Source: Marsupella aquatica
Lineage: Eukaryota; Plantae; Marchantiophyta
DNA length: 64,000 nt
Assembly: GCA_973895155.1 (NCBI GenBank)
Contig: OZ316892.1
Location: 5,292,510-5,356,509, forward strand
Direction of reading: 5' to 3'
Shown: piece by piece, positions 1-14,423 of the stretch
How positions within the stretch are numbered: position 1 is the first letter of the stretch
How the letters are laid out: each line of letters starts with the position of its first letter
The notes under the pieces: model-generated
The model's input: the letters and a program-made list of their open reading frames with translations, nothing else
Told to the model about the DNA's origin: nothing
Databases searched by the model: none
Program-made: the position numbers and the translations under genes

Positions 1-3000
1 TACCTCATGTGCCCCTCTCATGTGCCCCCCTCATGTGCCCGTCCATGTGTCTCGTGACAAGGGGAATGTCTCACTTGGCAGCAGCCCCAAAGTACAGTCA
101 TGTGAGTAAAGTGCACTTTTTCTGAGTCTTAAATTTTCTCTCATAGTTCGATCTCACCTGGTCGGCTGATCTTGTGACTTTGGGCTGTAGAGTACTTGAT
201 CCATTCATTCTTGATGAGTAGGTTATAGAGTCTATTTCCCCTCCGCCCCAACAAAAAAGGGGACAAACCTCAATCATGGAGCTCTTAACCATGACTCTGA
301 CCAAAGAGGTTTGGTCACAAAAGTTTAACCATTATAAATATACACTCTTTAGTTTTACTAGCCCGATTATCCATTCCTTGAACTTCAACAGATATGAACA
401 GAAACAAATCTTGCACAATAATATTTTTATATTATTTCATTAATCTTCATTTTAAATGTTCTTTAATTGAGATTCATGATCACTTTTGTCTGTATTGGGA
501 TTAAGGTTTAGAGGTTTCACTCTAGACCCTAGGCCTTTAAGAGTAGACTTAGTTTGTAGTGGGGTTATGGTCTAGAGGTTTCACTCTAGACCCTAGGCCC
601 TTAAGAGTAAACTTTGTTCTTTATAGTAAAATATTGTGAAAAATAGTATACACCGAATCATATGCAGAGAAAGAGTATGCCCAAAAAAACTATTTGGAGG
701 CATTTTTGGGCCCCCGCCACAAAGCTGAAATGTTCAGCCAAAAAGCTCAAACCACAAATTCTGATAAGTGCTTCTACCTTGCTTTCCATCTGTAGTTATT
801 CCGGACTGCCCCCTCTTTAAGCCATAAATTGCTAAACGCCAAAGCTCAATTCATAATTTAACTGCCATCCTTGCTAATATTTTTTCTTTGAAAATAAGTT
901 CTTATTCACCAACAAATACCTAGGTAATGAGATAACAAGGTGGTCCACAAGGAGGTAAAGAGCCTCCAATCCCTAGTCCCAGAGGGTGGCAGCAAGGGGA
1001 GGCATCCTTTAATCCTTGTTTTGCTCTTGTTCAAACTGATTTTGTTCAAACCCTTTGGACTTGCATAACTTAAAGGTTACGAGACAAGGTTTGAAATTGT
1101 GTTTGGCTTGTCACAATTCACATAATCAGTTTTCTAGTTTTTAGGGACACTCTGGTTTCCAAGCTTCTCATATTTAGGAACAACCCTGTTTTCCTTTATG
1201 CCACTGGAAGTAAAGCAAGTAAAAATGGTCTCCCTTACTTGGAGGGATTCCTCCATGTACCACTTTAGACTCTCTCCTAGGGAATTGGTTCTCTCAATTC
1301 TCTATTTGACTCTTTTTTGCTGGCAGTAATGCGTCCCTTTAGTGAGACTTTTGTTCCATTTTGCTTTACCGTCATAAAGCTGGGTTCCCACCAGCCATAT
1401 TATAAGTTGGGTGCGGTTTCCCTTTTCCAAAAACAAAACAGAATGTTACTTTCTGGTGGTCAAAACTTGGAATTGTAGCCTCCTTGGGTCGTGCATTTAT
1501 GGCTGGCTAGCATAGTGCTGGGCAAAAGCTTCTTTAATTATAAAGAGAATAAGCTTGTAACTTTAACCTTTCGGGATTTCAGGGAGTAAAGTTTCTGTGG
1601 CCGTCAACAAATCTCTTAAGAAAGGAAAACACTCGACGTTGAATTTTTTTTGTCAGTCAATCTTAGCCAAAAGAAAACTCAGCCGTAAGTTGCATGGCTT
1701 TCAAGGTTTTGCTTTCCTACTCCCACCAAAAAACAAAAAGAAGGAAAGAAGGTAAACAAACAAACTTCCGTAAACCCATCATTAAAAAAAGTGTACAGCT
1801 TTGATTATCCGGGGTGGTTCCATTGAGGGAGCTCCATATTTACTCGGTTGTTTCCTTGGTTGTGTTCTCTTTGTAAATATAGGGTTTTTATGCCCAAGTG
1901 ACAGATCCAGTTGTGCAGCACTATCATTAAGGCATGGTTTCCTTTTTGTTAAAAAAAAAACAACGAACTTTGATGCAAATAGTTCAATCCTCTTCTTCTC
2001 TTGGGGGGAGGGGGATGCATAGGGGAGGACCCCGCCCAAGAATTCAAGTTGAGCAACCAGATGCTGCCTATTTTATTAAAAGGAAAGAAAATCTTCATCT
2101 TACTCAAGCTTTTGCTGGATAGCACCATATTCCAGCTGAAAACTTGTAGCAATGATTGCAAACTTTTTGGCCCCTAACTAAGTGCTTCTTGGTGTGAACA
2201 TGTCCTGTAGCTTGAACCATTGTCCCACTCCCTTCGGTGCCCTGATGAATACACTGAAGAACTTCTATTTCTAGTCTAATGAAAAGTTGATCTGGAGCAC
2301 GTGCTGTACCTCTAAAGTAGTGAATCTCATTTATGGGTTCAGCCAATTTTTTCCACATTTTGCAAAAGGAGTGTGATTGACCACTTCATTCTGTCCCTGG
2401 GAAGTATTGACTTGAATGTACGATTCTAATGTGTATATAGATTTAAGCGAAACTAGTGCATCTAGTGATTGTCCCTCTTAAATATAACAATATACACATA
2501 TTTTTTACAGAAAAAGGCCAAATAGAGTACAAAAGAATAAACAAGAGAGGTCCCAAGTGAACAAAACCAAACGCAAAAGAAATGAGCAAAAAGAAACCCT
2601 AAAAATCAAGAAAGAGGAACTAAAAGAAGTGAGCAAAAGGAAACCCCTAAAAACCAAGAAAAAGGAACTAAAACTACCGCAAATGGACCAAGGATTTGGC
2701 AGACTTTCGAGTTTCTTTGTATTACCCTCTCAGTGGGTAAGATACATATAAAAAATTGTCTAACAAATGGCTGATGGTGTATTTCAGTCTATAACAGCTC
2801 CCAGTCCATTGTTTATTTTTTAATTTTTTAGGCTGGTAAAAACAAGGGAACCCTGCTCTTGGAAAACTCATGTTGTACTTAGTTTCCAACGATTCCAGCC
2901 TCATTGTTTATTCTGTTGAGGGGGTGTAAATGAGGGAAACCCCGCCCTAGGAAACATCAGCACAATTGGCCAGGAGGCTTGAAAGGGTTTAACCCTCAAC

Positions 3001-3654
3001 TGTACTTCCATTGTTCTCGCCATGTGGGGTTTTCAAGGGACGTTACCCTCTATTCATATTGTTTTATTCCCAGAGGTATTAGTTTGATGGTACCTTTTGC
3101 CCCAAACCTCGTGAGGCTGGATGCGGATTTCTTTAATATGAAAAGGTGAAAAGAGGGTAAACTAATGGAACTTTAAACTTGACAAGGAAATAGCAGAGGA
3201 AAATACATAAAGACGAAAATTCCCCAATGTAAACCTTAGCATTAAAGTAACAAAAGGTCTTGTTCAAAGTAGGGTTCCCTTTAAAAAAGAGAACGAAAAG
3301 AGGATGAATAGGAGGAAATGTATCATTATGTTCCCCACCGCAAAGAAATGAGCCGCCGACCGAGAGACTTGACACAAGCCACAATGTACCCTCCTGAAAG
3401 CCTTACACTACACTACAGTCCCACGCACAGGAGCCACAATCAGTACTGTAGTTACTGTACACACCTTGACTGCCTTTACATGGTACAACAGTGCCCACAA
3501 GCCGGAGTTACAATCATTCCCGTAAGGTACTGTATACACGTAAACTGACTGTAAATAGCCATGTCAAATCGTAACCCGCCAAGTAGAACGGAGTGTGACT
3601 GCGTAAGGCTATAACAAAGCCTTCTCGTAGTTGCATATCAAAATGCACATAAAA

Positions 3655-3860
3655 ATGTGATAATACAAGGTGTACAATGAGATACACCTTGATTCAAACA
3701 GAATAATTAGGCCATGGAGTGACATAGAGATGTGATAAGATAGGGCGTCAATGAGTAACACCATGATTAAACAGAATAGTTAGGCTATGGAATGACATAA
3801 AAATGCAATAACATATGATGTACAGCGAATAACACCTTGATTAAACAGAATAATGATTAT
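3655..3860. repeat. Diverged ~70-bp tandem repeat x3
   Basis: acacc(t/a)tgatt(c)aaacagaata(a/g)t recurs at ~3684, ~3758 and ~3832. Confidence 0.7.
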
Positions 3861-4254
3861 GCGGTGACCTAGTGCACCATATACTAACACATATTGTGTC
3901 ATTAGTGGGAAACCTCGAACAAGTAGGACATAATAAGGTCATATGGAGGACTGGTAGGGCCAGGTCTTAGGGACAGGCATGTAGGGCCTGCGCCTTGTCT
4001 GACCGGACCCCACTTGAGTGCTGGTCTTGAGTCGCGACGACGGTGGCAGCTGCGCATCTTTGTCCGCTCTGCTCTGTCGTCCGCTTGATTTGTGGGCTCA
4101 AGTGACGCGAACGACGGTGCGCGACGGCCGCTCGATCGAGGTGCTGTTTGCGGCAAATTACACTAGTTTACAGTACAGGAGTAGAGCCGCATCGCATCGC
4201 ATCGCATCTCGTACGGCGACCGTCAACCCTTTTTCCCGGAAGAGAATTCCGGCT

Positions 4255-4260
4255 TATAAA
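4255..4260 (+). promoter_or_regulatory. Candidate TATA box of expansin 1
   Basis: TATAAA followed by a GA/CT-rich, leader-like sequence. A splice acceptor (tgcag at 5528-5532) lies 4 nt before the ATG, implying a long spliced 5' UTR. Position is inferred without transcript data. Confidence 0.35.
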
Positions 4261-5536
4261 ACCGCCCCTTCCGTCCTGCACCATCAATCAGAATCAGTCA
4301 GCCTCTCATCAATCCGCCCACCGGCATCAGAGCGGAGGAAAGCAGCTGAACTGAAGATTGTTGATGCGCATTGAGTGGAGTTTGATCTGAGAGAGAGAGA
4401 GAGAAGAGTGAGCTCTGGAGCTTCGTCCTCTTACTTCCTCAGTGGCATCATCCTCAGCGCGTCTTCTCGACTTCGCTCTGCTCGCTTTCACTCTCCCATC
4501 CGTCCTCGTCTGCTGAGCGTACACCTTCAGAATCGTCTCACGGGTAAGGAGAAGAAGCTGCATTGCAATTCCCAGTCAGTCCAGTCCAGTCCGGTCATAT
4601 CTCTCGTCCCTCTCAATCATCAAGTCCATCCGCTTCATTTGTATTGATAGCCCCGACCCACGCACTGAATGAATGAAGCAAGGCATCTGCCGCTCTGCCT
4701 CTTGCCCCCTCTCTCCCAACCGGCTTTCTTCCTCCCATGATTCGCAGGTTGTACTGGAGTTTAGCCGTATAGCATTCATCACTCCACATCTATCACTGCG
4801 TTGATGTGTCTCTCTCGCTCCTTCTCTCTCTAGGCTGAGCTTTGACGTGAGTCGAAGCGGGAGCTTTGACTGCTGTCTCAGTGCGATCTTTCCTTATCCA
4901 AGTGTGTTGGCATATTTTACACTTGCACTCCATCGCTCCGTCCTCTCTTCTGTCTACTATATGAACGTGCCTTCTTCTCTTAGAGCCATTGCCAATTCAT
5001 TGCCTTTCCAATATCATTGTCAGAAATTTTGTAGCTGGTCGGAGCATTGTCCAATCGCAACATTCTCGAGTCCACACTTGCACAGTAAGTCGCTGCGGAC
5101 GAGCTATTGTGCCAGCATTGTCTAGCAAATTCTTTGAGCGGATGGTCCTCCATTTAAGCTGTGATTAATTGAAACCTTTCCGGAAGTCGCCATCTTCCAG
5201 CCACAGTAATCCGTGGTCATATCTTCGATGTCCCCGATTCAATTTGTGCTCTAGTGAGCTCCATGTTAATTGTTAAAGTTGCGGCCCGCTCGGCAGAAGC
5301 TTTAACATCCTGTTGCAGCCAAACCCGCGCATTTCTTGCGCTTGCCTGACCTCCGGCTTGAGTTGCGGGAGGCGTCAAGATCAACATTTTCTTCGGTCCC
5401 ACCCTTGTAGCCTTTTGTTTCTGTCGCTGTCCCAGAGTATATCTCCCTGTCGTTGGTGCACTTGGTGTTTGTTGCTGCTCTTGTAGTAGTAGTAGGAATT
5501 GTCTCCTCATATTCCTTCCTCTTGAACTGCAGAAAG

Positions 5537-6496
5537 ATGGCCGGTAAATTGAGTGGAACAGCGGCAGCGGCATCCAGCATGCTGCTGAGCACATTGCTCC
5601 TCGTCTCGCTGAGGGCTGCCTCGGTTGGTGCCCAGCTGTGGGCAGTGACGGACTGGACTGCAGGGGCCCACGCCACGTTCTACGGAGGACAAGATGCTTC
5701 TGGGACCATGGGTGAGTTGAATATACACGTTTCATGAGCTCGATATATTTTTGGGCATCAGATCGAGCTCGATATAAGTTTTGAGACCAGATTGACTAGT
5801 TCGCTAGTTTATACAACTTGTTTTGTCCTGTAAGTGGCTGGTTCGGCTTCGACTATTGACTGATGGATTTTGTGAACCTGTGCAGGTGGGGCCTGTGGAT
5901 ATGGAAACTTGTACTCTACCGGATACGGAACACAGTCAACCGCTTTGAGCAACCCCCTGTTCGACAATGGCCTCACTTGCGGAGCGTGCTTTATGCTCCA
6001 GTGTGTGACATCTGGAAGCAGTTATTGCTACCCAGGGAAGACAATCACCGTGACTGCAACCAATGCGTGCCCTCCAGGTTCTTACGGAGGATGGTGCAAT
6101 GGCAAGCCACATTTCGATCTGTCGTATTTCATGTTCACTGAGCTTGCCCAAGCTGTTGGAGGTGTCATCCCAGTCCTGTACAAGAGGGTGTCGTGCTCCA
6201 AGCAGGGAGGAATTCGTTTCACCATCAATGGCAACCCTTGGTTCGATAATGTGTTGGTCACCAATGTGGCTGGTGATGGCACCATTCAGTCTCTATATGT
6301 CCAGGGTGATAGCGGCGGCTGGCAATCCATGTCTCAGAACTGGGGCGCGTACTGGTCATCTGCCGCAAACTTGCAGGGAAAAAGTCTATCTTTCAGGTGC
6401 ATTTCTGGAGGTGGGAAGTCTCAAGATTTCATGAATGTTGCATCGTCTAACTGGGGCTTCGGATCTACATACGAGGCGAACTATAATATGAGCTAG
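5537..6496 (+). CDS. EXPA: Alpha-expansin 1 (exons 5537-5711, 5886-6496)
   Basis: Signal peptide followed by HATFYGGQDASGTMG|GACGYGNLY joined across a GT-AG intron (5712-5885). Contains CGACF, GGWCN, HFDLS and a Trp-rich C-terminal domain (WQSMSQNWGAYW, NWGFGSTY). Stop TAG at 6494-6496. Confidence 0.95.
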
Positions 6497-9400
6497 TACA
6501 TGATTCAAAAGGGAGGTGTAGAATGGTAGAGTTTCGATGCGCTCATGGTCGATGAGCTGATGGAGCATATGTGGCGTGTATATACATTAGCGCCCTCTGC
6601 CCAGCTCTCCGGCGAGCATGAAATCAGGCCAATCTCAGTTCCATCAGAGTTAAAAGCTGTGGATGGTGTGGTTTCGGACGTCGTGCCGCCCGCCCCACTG
6701 ATGATTTCAGTATAGTTACCGAATGCCACTATTTACAGAATGAGGTTATCTTCGGCCCTTCGGCCACCCGCTGCAAATTGTAGCTGCCGGTTTGGTTATG
6801 TATCAGAAGAGGAACGTAGGAGATGAACGTGTTGTAGACTTAGCACGACCGCATCTTCACTGGGGTTTTAAGTGTAGCTCCTTCACGAGCAATTGTTATG
6901 AATATTGAAGTTCTCTTCTGGGATTATAAAGCAGTTCTGGCACAATTTCTTGGTTGAACTGGTTCGAGTACCCTCGTTGTTGAATGTTTGGTTATGCATT
7001 TTGTTCACCTGAATTAAACGAACGGCCATTGCTTTGTATTGAGTGGAAGCTCCAAGTTTGAAGCTTATCCTCGACGTCGTTCCAGTTTGAAGCTTGTCCT
7101 CGACCTCGATCTATTGTTGTGGTGGATTGTAACACAAAGTAGGAATACATTGTGAAAGATCTGATGAAAGGTCATGACCAGAGAGCTCCTGAAGTTCTTG
7201 ATGTCAACTACGTCACGCAAGCACGTCCACGTTAGCGAACACATAGGCCATTATAAATTCCCGATGAGGTGTACCTACGGATCGTATCATTTCCTCTACG
7301 TAATTGACTCGGTGAGTCCCGTCACGAGTGGATAACCCCTTCTATATCTATTTCTTGGCCTCGTACACTGCAAGGTTAAACACTACTGCCACTATGAACT
7401 TGGTTGAGTTGCTATCATGTTTCGTTCTTTGTCGCGAAGATGTGTTGTGATGCCAGTGCATTCCATGCAGTAAAGAAGTACAGTCGTGCATATCTGGGCA
7501 CGATGATCTCGCAAAGGGGCTTTTGATCAGTATGCATTCGTCGATCATGGACTGCCAGGTTTGTGTCTTGGTGTGTAATATTTGACGTTCCAGTCATATC
7601 TGTACTGTGCTAACGAAGTGTTGTGGACGATACATGAGCATAGATGGACGGTGTTCGGTGTTAGTATAGCTCGATGGTGAGATGAGTTCTTTCCACCGTT
7701 CACTGGAAACAACATATGCTGGCGGCAAGATCGTGGGAGGATGGAAAACCTGAGTGACGGATATGTTCCTTGTGGGCCCCGAGCACCTTCTATGCATTTG
7801 GTCTAGAACCACGGGTTCCATTCGATGCAGGGTAGGATTAGAGGGGCTAAACATCGTACAGCCAACTACTCCAAAACATTAATTTCAGCGATGCAGCCAT
7901 CCTGACATGCATTATCGCTAAATCACACGATCGGCAGTTTTCTTATCCCTGTTCTTACCTGGAGGAAATTGCAACCTAGTCATATGACCTCTGCTGCCTT
8001 TAAGCGTCGAGTTTTCGTTGTCAAGAAGGGTCATCAAGTGTTTATTCCAGAAGATGCGGCAGAGTGAATAGGAAGACCAAGTCCTTCCAGACATTGGAAG
8101 GGGCATCATCACTCCACCCCCTCGATGGTCTTCAATCCGAACTAGCTTGAAAATAAGTATGTAAGAAAAAGACTCATTTCACCAAGAATCCCGAATGTCA
8201 ATTGAATCTGCAATCCAAGTTAACTTCAAATAAGTCTGGGAGGGAAAGACTCGTGTCACCAAGAAGCTCGAATGTTGATCGAATCCAGCTAAGGCTATGA
8301 CTACTTACGCCACTGAGACGAGAGAGATCCTTGGGGCCATCAAAGATCGAACCTCTCATCTCCAGCAAGATTCCGTGTCCAACTCGTTGTCGATTGACAG
8401 GTTGAGGGACTCCAAATCTATAGAAACTGATCTCAGAAGCGGGACGTGGCAAAGTCGTCAGTATGGGTCATTGTGGAAGAAGATTCGTGCGACCGAAACC
8501 GATTACTTCGATTGTTCAATCGTCTCTTGTTTGCTTTGAGTTCTCGACGTTTAGCTTGTGCAGACGACCTGCGCGGGCGGTGGACGATGTGAAGTGACCT
8601 ACCGGAGATCTAGGAGAATATGCAAACGAAGACGTAGTGGAGTATTGAGTCCCCACCATGAGCGTTCATGGGATTAACTCGTCAAACGCGTCAGTGAACT
8701 GCATTTTTCCCAACGAACTTGACGACGATTCTCAAGACTTTTGGGAAACACTCGTGTCACCAGCAACCCCTAATACTTTTATAAACACCTGTTTGTACTG
8801 TACGTCATCAGTGGGATTCCTCGAGGTCAGCTGATTTAACACCCTTGCTCTCCAGCAAGAGATACTTGGTGTCGATAAAAGGTTGCTCCCTAGTAGTACA
8901 GGACTGGAATCCTCCGTGCACCTCAGGTCCTGAAGAATTTTCCACTGGTCATTCTCTTAGTATAATCTTGCCAACTTTGCGCAGATCTTTGATTTGAGAG
9001 AGGCGTATAGATGTGGCCTTTACATGTCCTCTTAAAATTGTAGGCGGGCAATTTCGGAAGATGTTTGCCAGTTGTGTGACTCATCGTCTTCCTTGGAAAG
9101 CTCAATCGTTAACTTGTGCTGTGCTTTAAGCTCGTGATGTTTTCCATTCAGGAGGTGAAAGTTACAGCTCTTTCAAGAGCGCGAGGCTGTGAGCCCATGG
9201 AAACCCCCCGACTTTGCTCAAGTGGTTCAAGGCCATTGCTGCGGACAGAATCAGGGGAGGACCAACACTTTACGCCTCGTCCAGTACTTCGAGTAGCCAA
9301 CTCCCAACAATCAACAATTGTGAAGCGTTTCCTCGATCAGATATTCGTTAATGGCGTGAATCATTCTTCAAGCGTTTTTCTAAATTTCATGTACGCTAAC

Positions 9401-12400
9401 AGTGTTTCATATTGTGGGATTATCTCGAACAACTGCTTCTGCAGCAGCTAGACACGCCGCTTTCGCCACTCGTCGTTTTTTCGTGCTCTTTTCTCTTCAA
9501 TCCTGGGAAATTTTTGTTTTGTTCTCGGGATATTTTAACCTATGAACCTTCTGGAGAACGGTCAGGAAGAAGTTGTGAGAGTTCTGGATTCCGAGTCACG
9601 AAAAGCGTGTGATAAAGTCGGTGTTGATAAAGTAGAGCTCTAGTACATGACTCGTATCGTGGTGGTACCATCTGGGGCCTCATGAGTGCCGTGCAACTAA
9701 AGTACTGTACTTTTTTGAATAGCCTGCCAGTAGAATTAATTGGCACCGTTTGCGCAGACTCGAACCTCGCAAGTCGCAAATCAAATTTGAGAGCTTTTTA
9801 GATAAGCTGGATTGTAGATCATGTCTGTACTTAATTGGATCTGTTGGCGGGGCATCGTGGAGGACGCAATGGACTCCGGGTAAACAATTGTAACAGTTCA
9901 GAAGAAATTGCTATATCGAATTTTGAGATAGTGGGTGCTTGAGCTCCAACATCAATCGATAAAAACTTATTTCTGTCGAAGGAGCTAAGCATCTCGAGGT
10001 ATGCGGACGCCAAGATTAAACAAGCTAGAAGTAGGGCTTCCTCGATTTTGCGAAAGGCAGAAATGGAGCCGCAAAAACCTCCAACGGAACAAAATTATAT
10101 TGTGGTGTTATGGAACGGAATGATTTCATCCGCACGTACACAAGAAAGGTAACATATGTCAGCGCTGCGCACCAACGTGCTTGACCTGAACGATTTGTGG
10201 GTTTGCGTTGGCGACCATCGGTAGTTAGTGCTTGCCTTAGATGTTATGTAGCTGACGCTCAAGGGGACTGACCAATTCTCCGCTATTTCGGCCTGCAGGC
10301 TTTGAGCGGGAGGATACTTTGCTCCTTTCCGGTGTGCTAAATGCTAGAAGTTCCCGGCTTCTTCCGGCATAGCTCCCCAGCATCATCAGCCACTGCAGTC
10401 GGGTACTGTACCCTCTCCTCGGGTTGCAGACAACCGTGTTCCCACGTTTGTGCGACTTCCTTGGTCCATTCATCGGGCCTTTTCCGCCTGATTGGCGACT
10501 CCTGATTAACTGGAGCTCCTGCTGTACAACTAAAACACTTTGATCCTCAACAAGGGGGTTTGTTTGTCATAGAGGGAGAGCAGGATGGCGCACTGCATAC
10601 GTGTGGCAGCAGTGGAGGACGACAGGACGCGGTACTGTATCCAATGTGAATCACAACATCAAAATAGAACAGCGGAAATCACCACTCATTTTATAAAAGA
10701 GGACCGGTGCAAATTACTTCCGGGCCTGCGGCTGATCAGCTCGGTCGTATAATTAGATGGCTGGACAGCCGACCGACCTGATGAATATTTTACTGAGATA
10801 AGGCAGGCATAGCGTTACGGCACATAGGCAGTGTCAGTCGTCCTTCGACAACCGTGCAAGCTCTGGAAATGCATAAACAATTCAGCTGGAGTTGAACGAC
10901 GTTGGCTGAAATTGAATAAACAATTGGATCAGCTCTTGAAGGCATGGAAACGAATTGAAAATGCGAGCACGAATTAGGATTACAATGATGTAAAGTGATC
11001 AACAGTCCGAGCCAGAGTTAGAAGGCGATTGGCTCGAAACGAATCAACAACTCTAGCAAGAATTAGAAATGGATTTGCTACGAATGAGTGAACAACAGGA
11101 CCAACTGACCAAAAGTCAGGAAAATACCAATCAGAGCAAGAAGAAGTAGTCGTTTGGCTGGAAATGTATTTACAATCCAAGCTAGAGTCAGGACAGACTG
11201 GCTAGAATCGAATCGAGAAGTCAAGCAAGAGTTAAAAAGATGCTGGCTGGATTTTATAATCAGAGGCAGAATTAGAAGGTCGTTGGCTAGGAATCATTAT
11301 CCGAGCGAATGGTAAGACGAGACATAGGTACCAGGATCAGATCTCCCAAACATGCTCCTACAATAACCACGACTTTTACACAGCCATTTTTCTGAAAGCG
11401 TTTCTGTGGATACGATGTGTAGTATCATTGTGCCTTTTCAAGGAAGATGCGACTCAAATTGGGAACTACTGCGGGAGAAATTCAATTAGCACACAGTACA
11501 GTCCATTCCATTCCCTGCACTTGTTCTGTTCTTATCGAGCCACATGGAAAGTCCATTGGAATCCGCAACCCTAACCACAGCTTCTTCTGTCCAGTGCTGT
11601 CAAACCGTTTTGTAAGCCGTGACCTTGAGATCGATACCTTTTGTAAGTCGATCACGCAAAGCTAGGTCTATCTACTGTAATCGGATACATGGGTCCCGTG
11701 ATTCAGTGTCGCAACTAGGCTTACTGGCTTTTCGTCTCTGGCTAGCAATCGCTTTCGGTTTGCTGCTTCTTGCTGGGCTCTGTGTGTGTGGTACTTTGCT
11801 ATGGCGACAGGAGTCCACTGCGGAATAGTCCTCATTGGCGAAAGGAATCCGATAACCCCGGCGGTCTCGGCTGCAGGCCTACATTATTGGGACTCTCCGC
11901 TCCAAACAATGAGTGGGGAACACTGTTCATGATTCATACATGGTCCGATTGATCGTAGGCTCAAGTACGTACAACAGAAATGTAGGGGGTACCTCTTCGC
12001 TGTGACTCAAGGACCTTGCATTAAACTATTTCAATTCCCTTGCAGTGTCACCAACGGCAGCAGTTAGAGTACTGTAGTGGCTCTGCCAGTTCAAGTTCTA
12101 CCACTAACACCCTCCATCCATCCCTCCATGTCCACTGTTCCCAATTATCGGGTCAGAAAATCTATCGATCGAGGCTTGCCAGTGACCTATCCAGCGCATT
12201 TTACTCCTCCGAAGACTACTTTTGCAATTGAAACGGTTTCTGTTCGAATCATCCAGGCCGAGCTGTGTGCTAGGGGTGTCCCTTGTCAGTACCTAAACCA
12301 AGGATGTGAGTACAAAGTAGATTTCGCTGATTTGCTTTTGTGTCGACCACCTCAAGCAAGAGAATAGTGGTGAAGACATTGTAGTCCTTACGTAGACGAC

Positions 12401-14378
12401 GAACGGCGAAATCTTCGTATCAAATTTCAATGTCATAATCCGTATGAGCAATATCGTATTCACTTGTGAGATTTGATGAACAGGTGGAATATGAATGGTG
12501 GAAGGAAAAATGGCGCATGTGGTCCACATTATAACTGAATGTAATGCTCTACATCTGCCTGTCGATTCCTTCGATCGAGGACTACAGTAGTCGGAGTGAT
12601 TTTAGCCTTAGGGTCTGGAAAAGCATCGATTAGGGGACACACTTTGATGTAATATGACAGTCCCAGCCCTAGCTAGCCTAGCCCTAGCTCCCAAAGGTGA
12701 TGCAGAAAGCCAATAGTTTATTGTCAAAGAATTTGCCCCTCCAGGCAATCCAACAAGCTTCAATTCTGTCCCTTGAGGACCAACCAAGGCATTCAAGACT
12801 TTCGTAGGCCAGAAAAAGCACCGGCAATAGATACACAATGAAATTACAGGGCAGCCCCTGACAAACGTAGATCCGCAGTCCTAAAGTGTTGTGGTCAAAG
12901 CAATAATGTGGCTGTCACCCTTGATCGTAGCAACAATCATCCGCTGAAGAAGTCTGCTTTGCTATAGGATTGAAGCTGTCAGTCTGTTCCAGAGTTTCAG
13001 TTTGAGTTCCTCGAGTGCTTGTACTGTAATCGTTGAATTGAGCTGAGCAGGATTGGTTCAATGGGTACCTGTTGATCTTTGTCGTGGCAGATTACTTGAT
13101 TTCTTGCAATCAATGTTCATCAAAATTACAGTGATGAGGATAACTGCTTCAGGATCACTTGGCATTTAGTCATGTGGGCCATACGAAAGCTTTGGAGCCT
13201 CGTTAAGAGGATTTTACATCCAGGAAACAAATTTTTGGGTTTCAAGCAAGATGATAGATCTCAAAAGCAGGATTTGGCTCTGGTAGCAGGGTTGTGGGGC
13301 ACTCACCTTACTTCACAAGTCCACATCGCAATGTGAGCACTTTCCCATACTACAAAAACTAGCAATCTGCCTTCTCTGTTCTTAGTGCAATCATGGTCAG
13401 CAAACGCACAGCCCTGGTGCGCAATCTGGTAAGTCACTGAGAGTAATCCCAGTAAATCCTGGCCCTGAAAAGATCTCGAATCATCTTGCATTGGCAGCCT
13501 GACAAATGTGGTCTACCTCATCAACTTGGCTGACATTGGAGCAGACAAAGTACAGCACAGCAAGCCCATGCATTCGAGCAGGACCATGCAAATGTGTGTA
13601 CTCAAAATTGTTGTCCACGTCCACTAAAAGTGAGCTCAAAAGTGACTCAACTTCACTCAAGTTTGCAGAGTGACAAACCTTAATGAGCCTCGACAGTCAT
13701 GTATGCGTGCAGAATCTTTCTTCTCAATCACTAGCCTTCCTGAATCCTTGAAGTCGAGATGCAGAAATCTTTCCAATCTATTATGGACAGAAAGACTGAC
13801 TAGAAGGCCCGGCCATGAGACAGAACTCGAAGGTTAGCAATGATAACATCTCCTGCCATGCAGCAATCAATGCTACACTATGGTCTGCCATATACTTTGG
13901 CACTATTTGTATCAATGCTTACTGTGCTCTTCCATATGGCACTCTCTGCTCTGCTCTTTAGTGAAGTTTTAGTTCCCTTCTCTCTCCAAGGCTCTTGTTG
14001 CCATCCCCTTCTCTTGGCCTGATCTACTTGTATATGGCTCAGTTTGGCAATCAACGAGGGAAACTCAAAGCTAATGGCATAAAATAAGTACTCGCGAAGG
14101 TGAGCTCAATGAAGGTGTTATCTGGGGAAGATTTCACATGAATTAGGTGGAGTAGAAGCTCGTGCTCATGCCAAAAGCACAGGATAGGAGCTAGTCCCTT
14201 ACAGGGTTGCTCACTCTGTACTTCACTTCTGTAGTGATCTTTCTTCTTTGACTAACTGATCGCTACACAAAGGACAAAGTCAATGACAACAGTACCTAAT
14301 TGCCTGGTTACTGATTTTTGTAGGACGTACCATATGTGCCAACAAATTCCTAGTGTGAAATATGTTGTGGCATGGTAG

Positions 14379-14423
14379 TTTTAGAGAACAGGAGTTGAGT
14401 AAGTTGTCTCCTGTTCTCTAAAA
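14379..14423. repeat. Perfect 16-bp inverted repeat with a 13-nt loop
   Basis: ttttagagaacaggag (14379-14394) pairs with ctcctgttctctaaaa (14408-14423). Confidence 0.9.

Noticed and set aside
700-3400. Possible decayed LINE or DNA-transposon coding remnants, with A-rich tail-like tracts at 2540-2690 and 32640-32940
   Set aside because: No diagnostic RT, endonuclease or transposase motif could be read by eye. A translated search would be needed.
13330-13400. FPILQKLAI peptide resembling the hAT dimerisation domain
   Set aside because: The following SS..ER.FS/WS motif is absent and the frame has a stop. Too short to support a call.
7000-14300. Many 60-110 aa ORFs between the expansin genes
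   Set aside because: No recognisable domains, consistent splice structure or third expansin copy were found, so the region is treated as intergenic.
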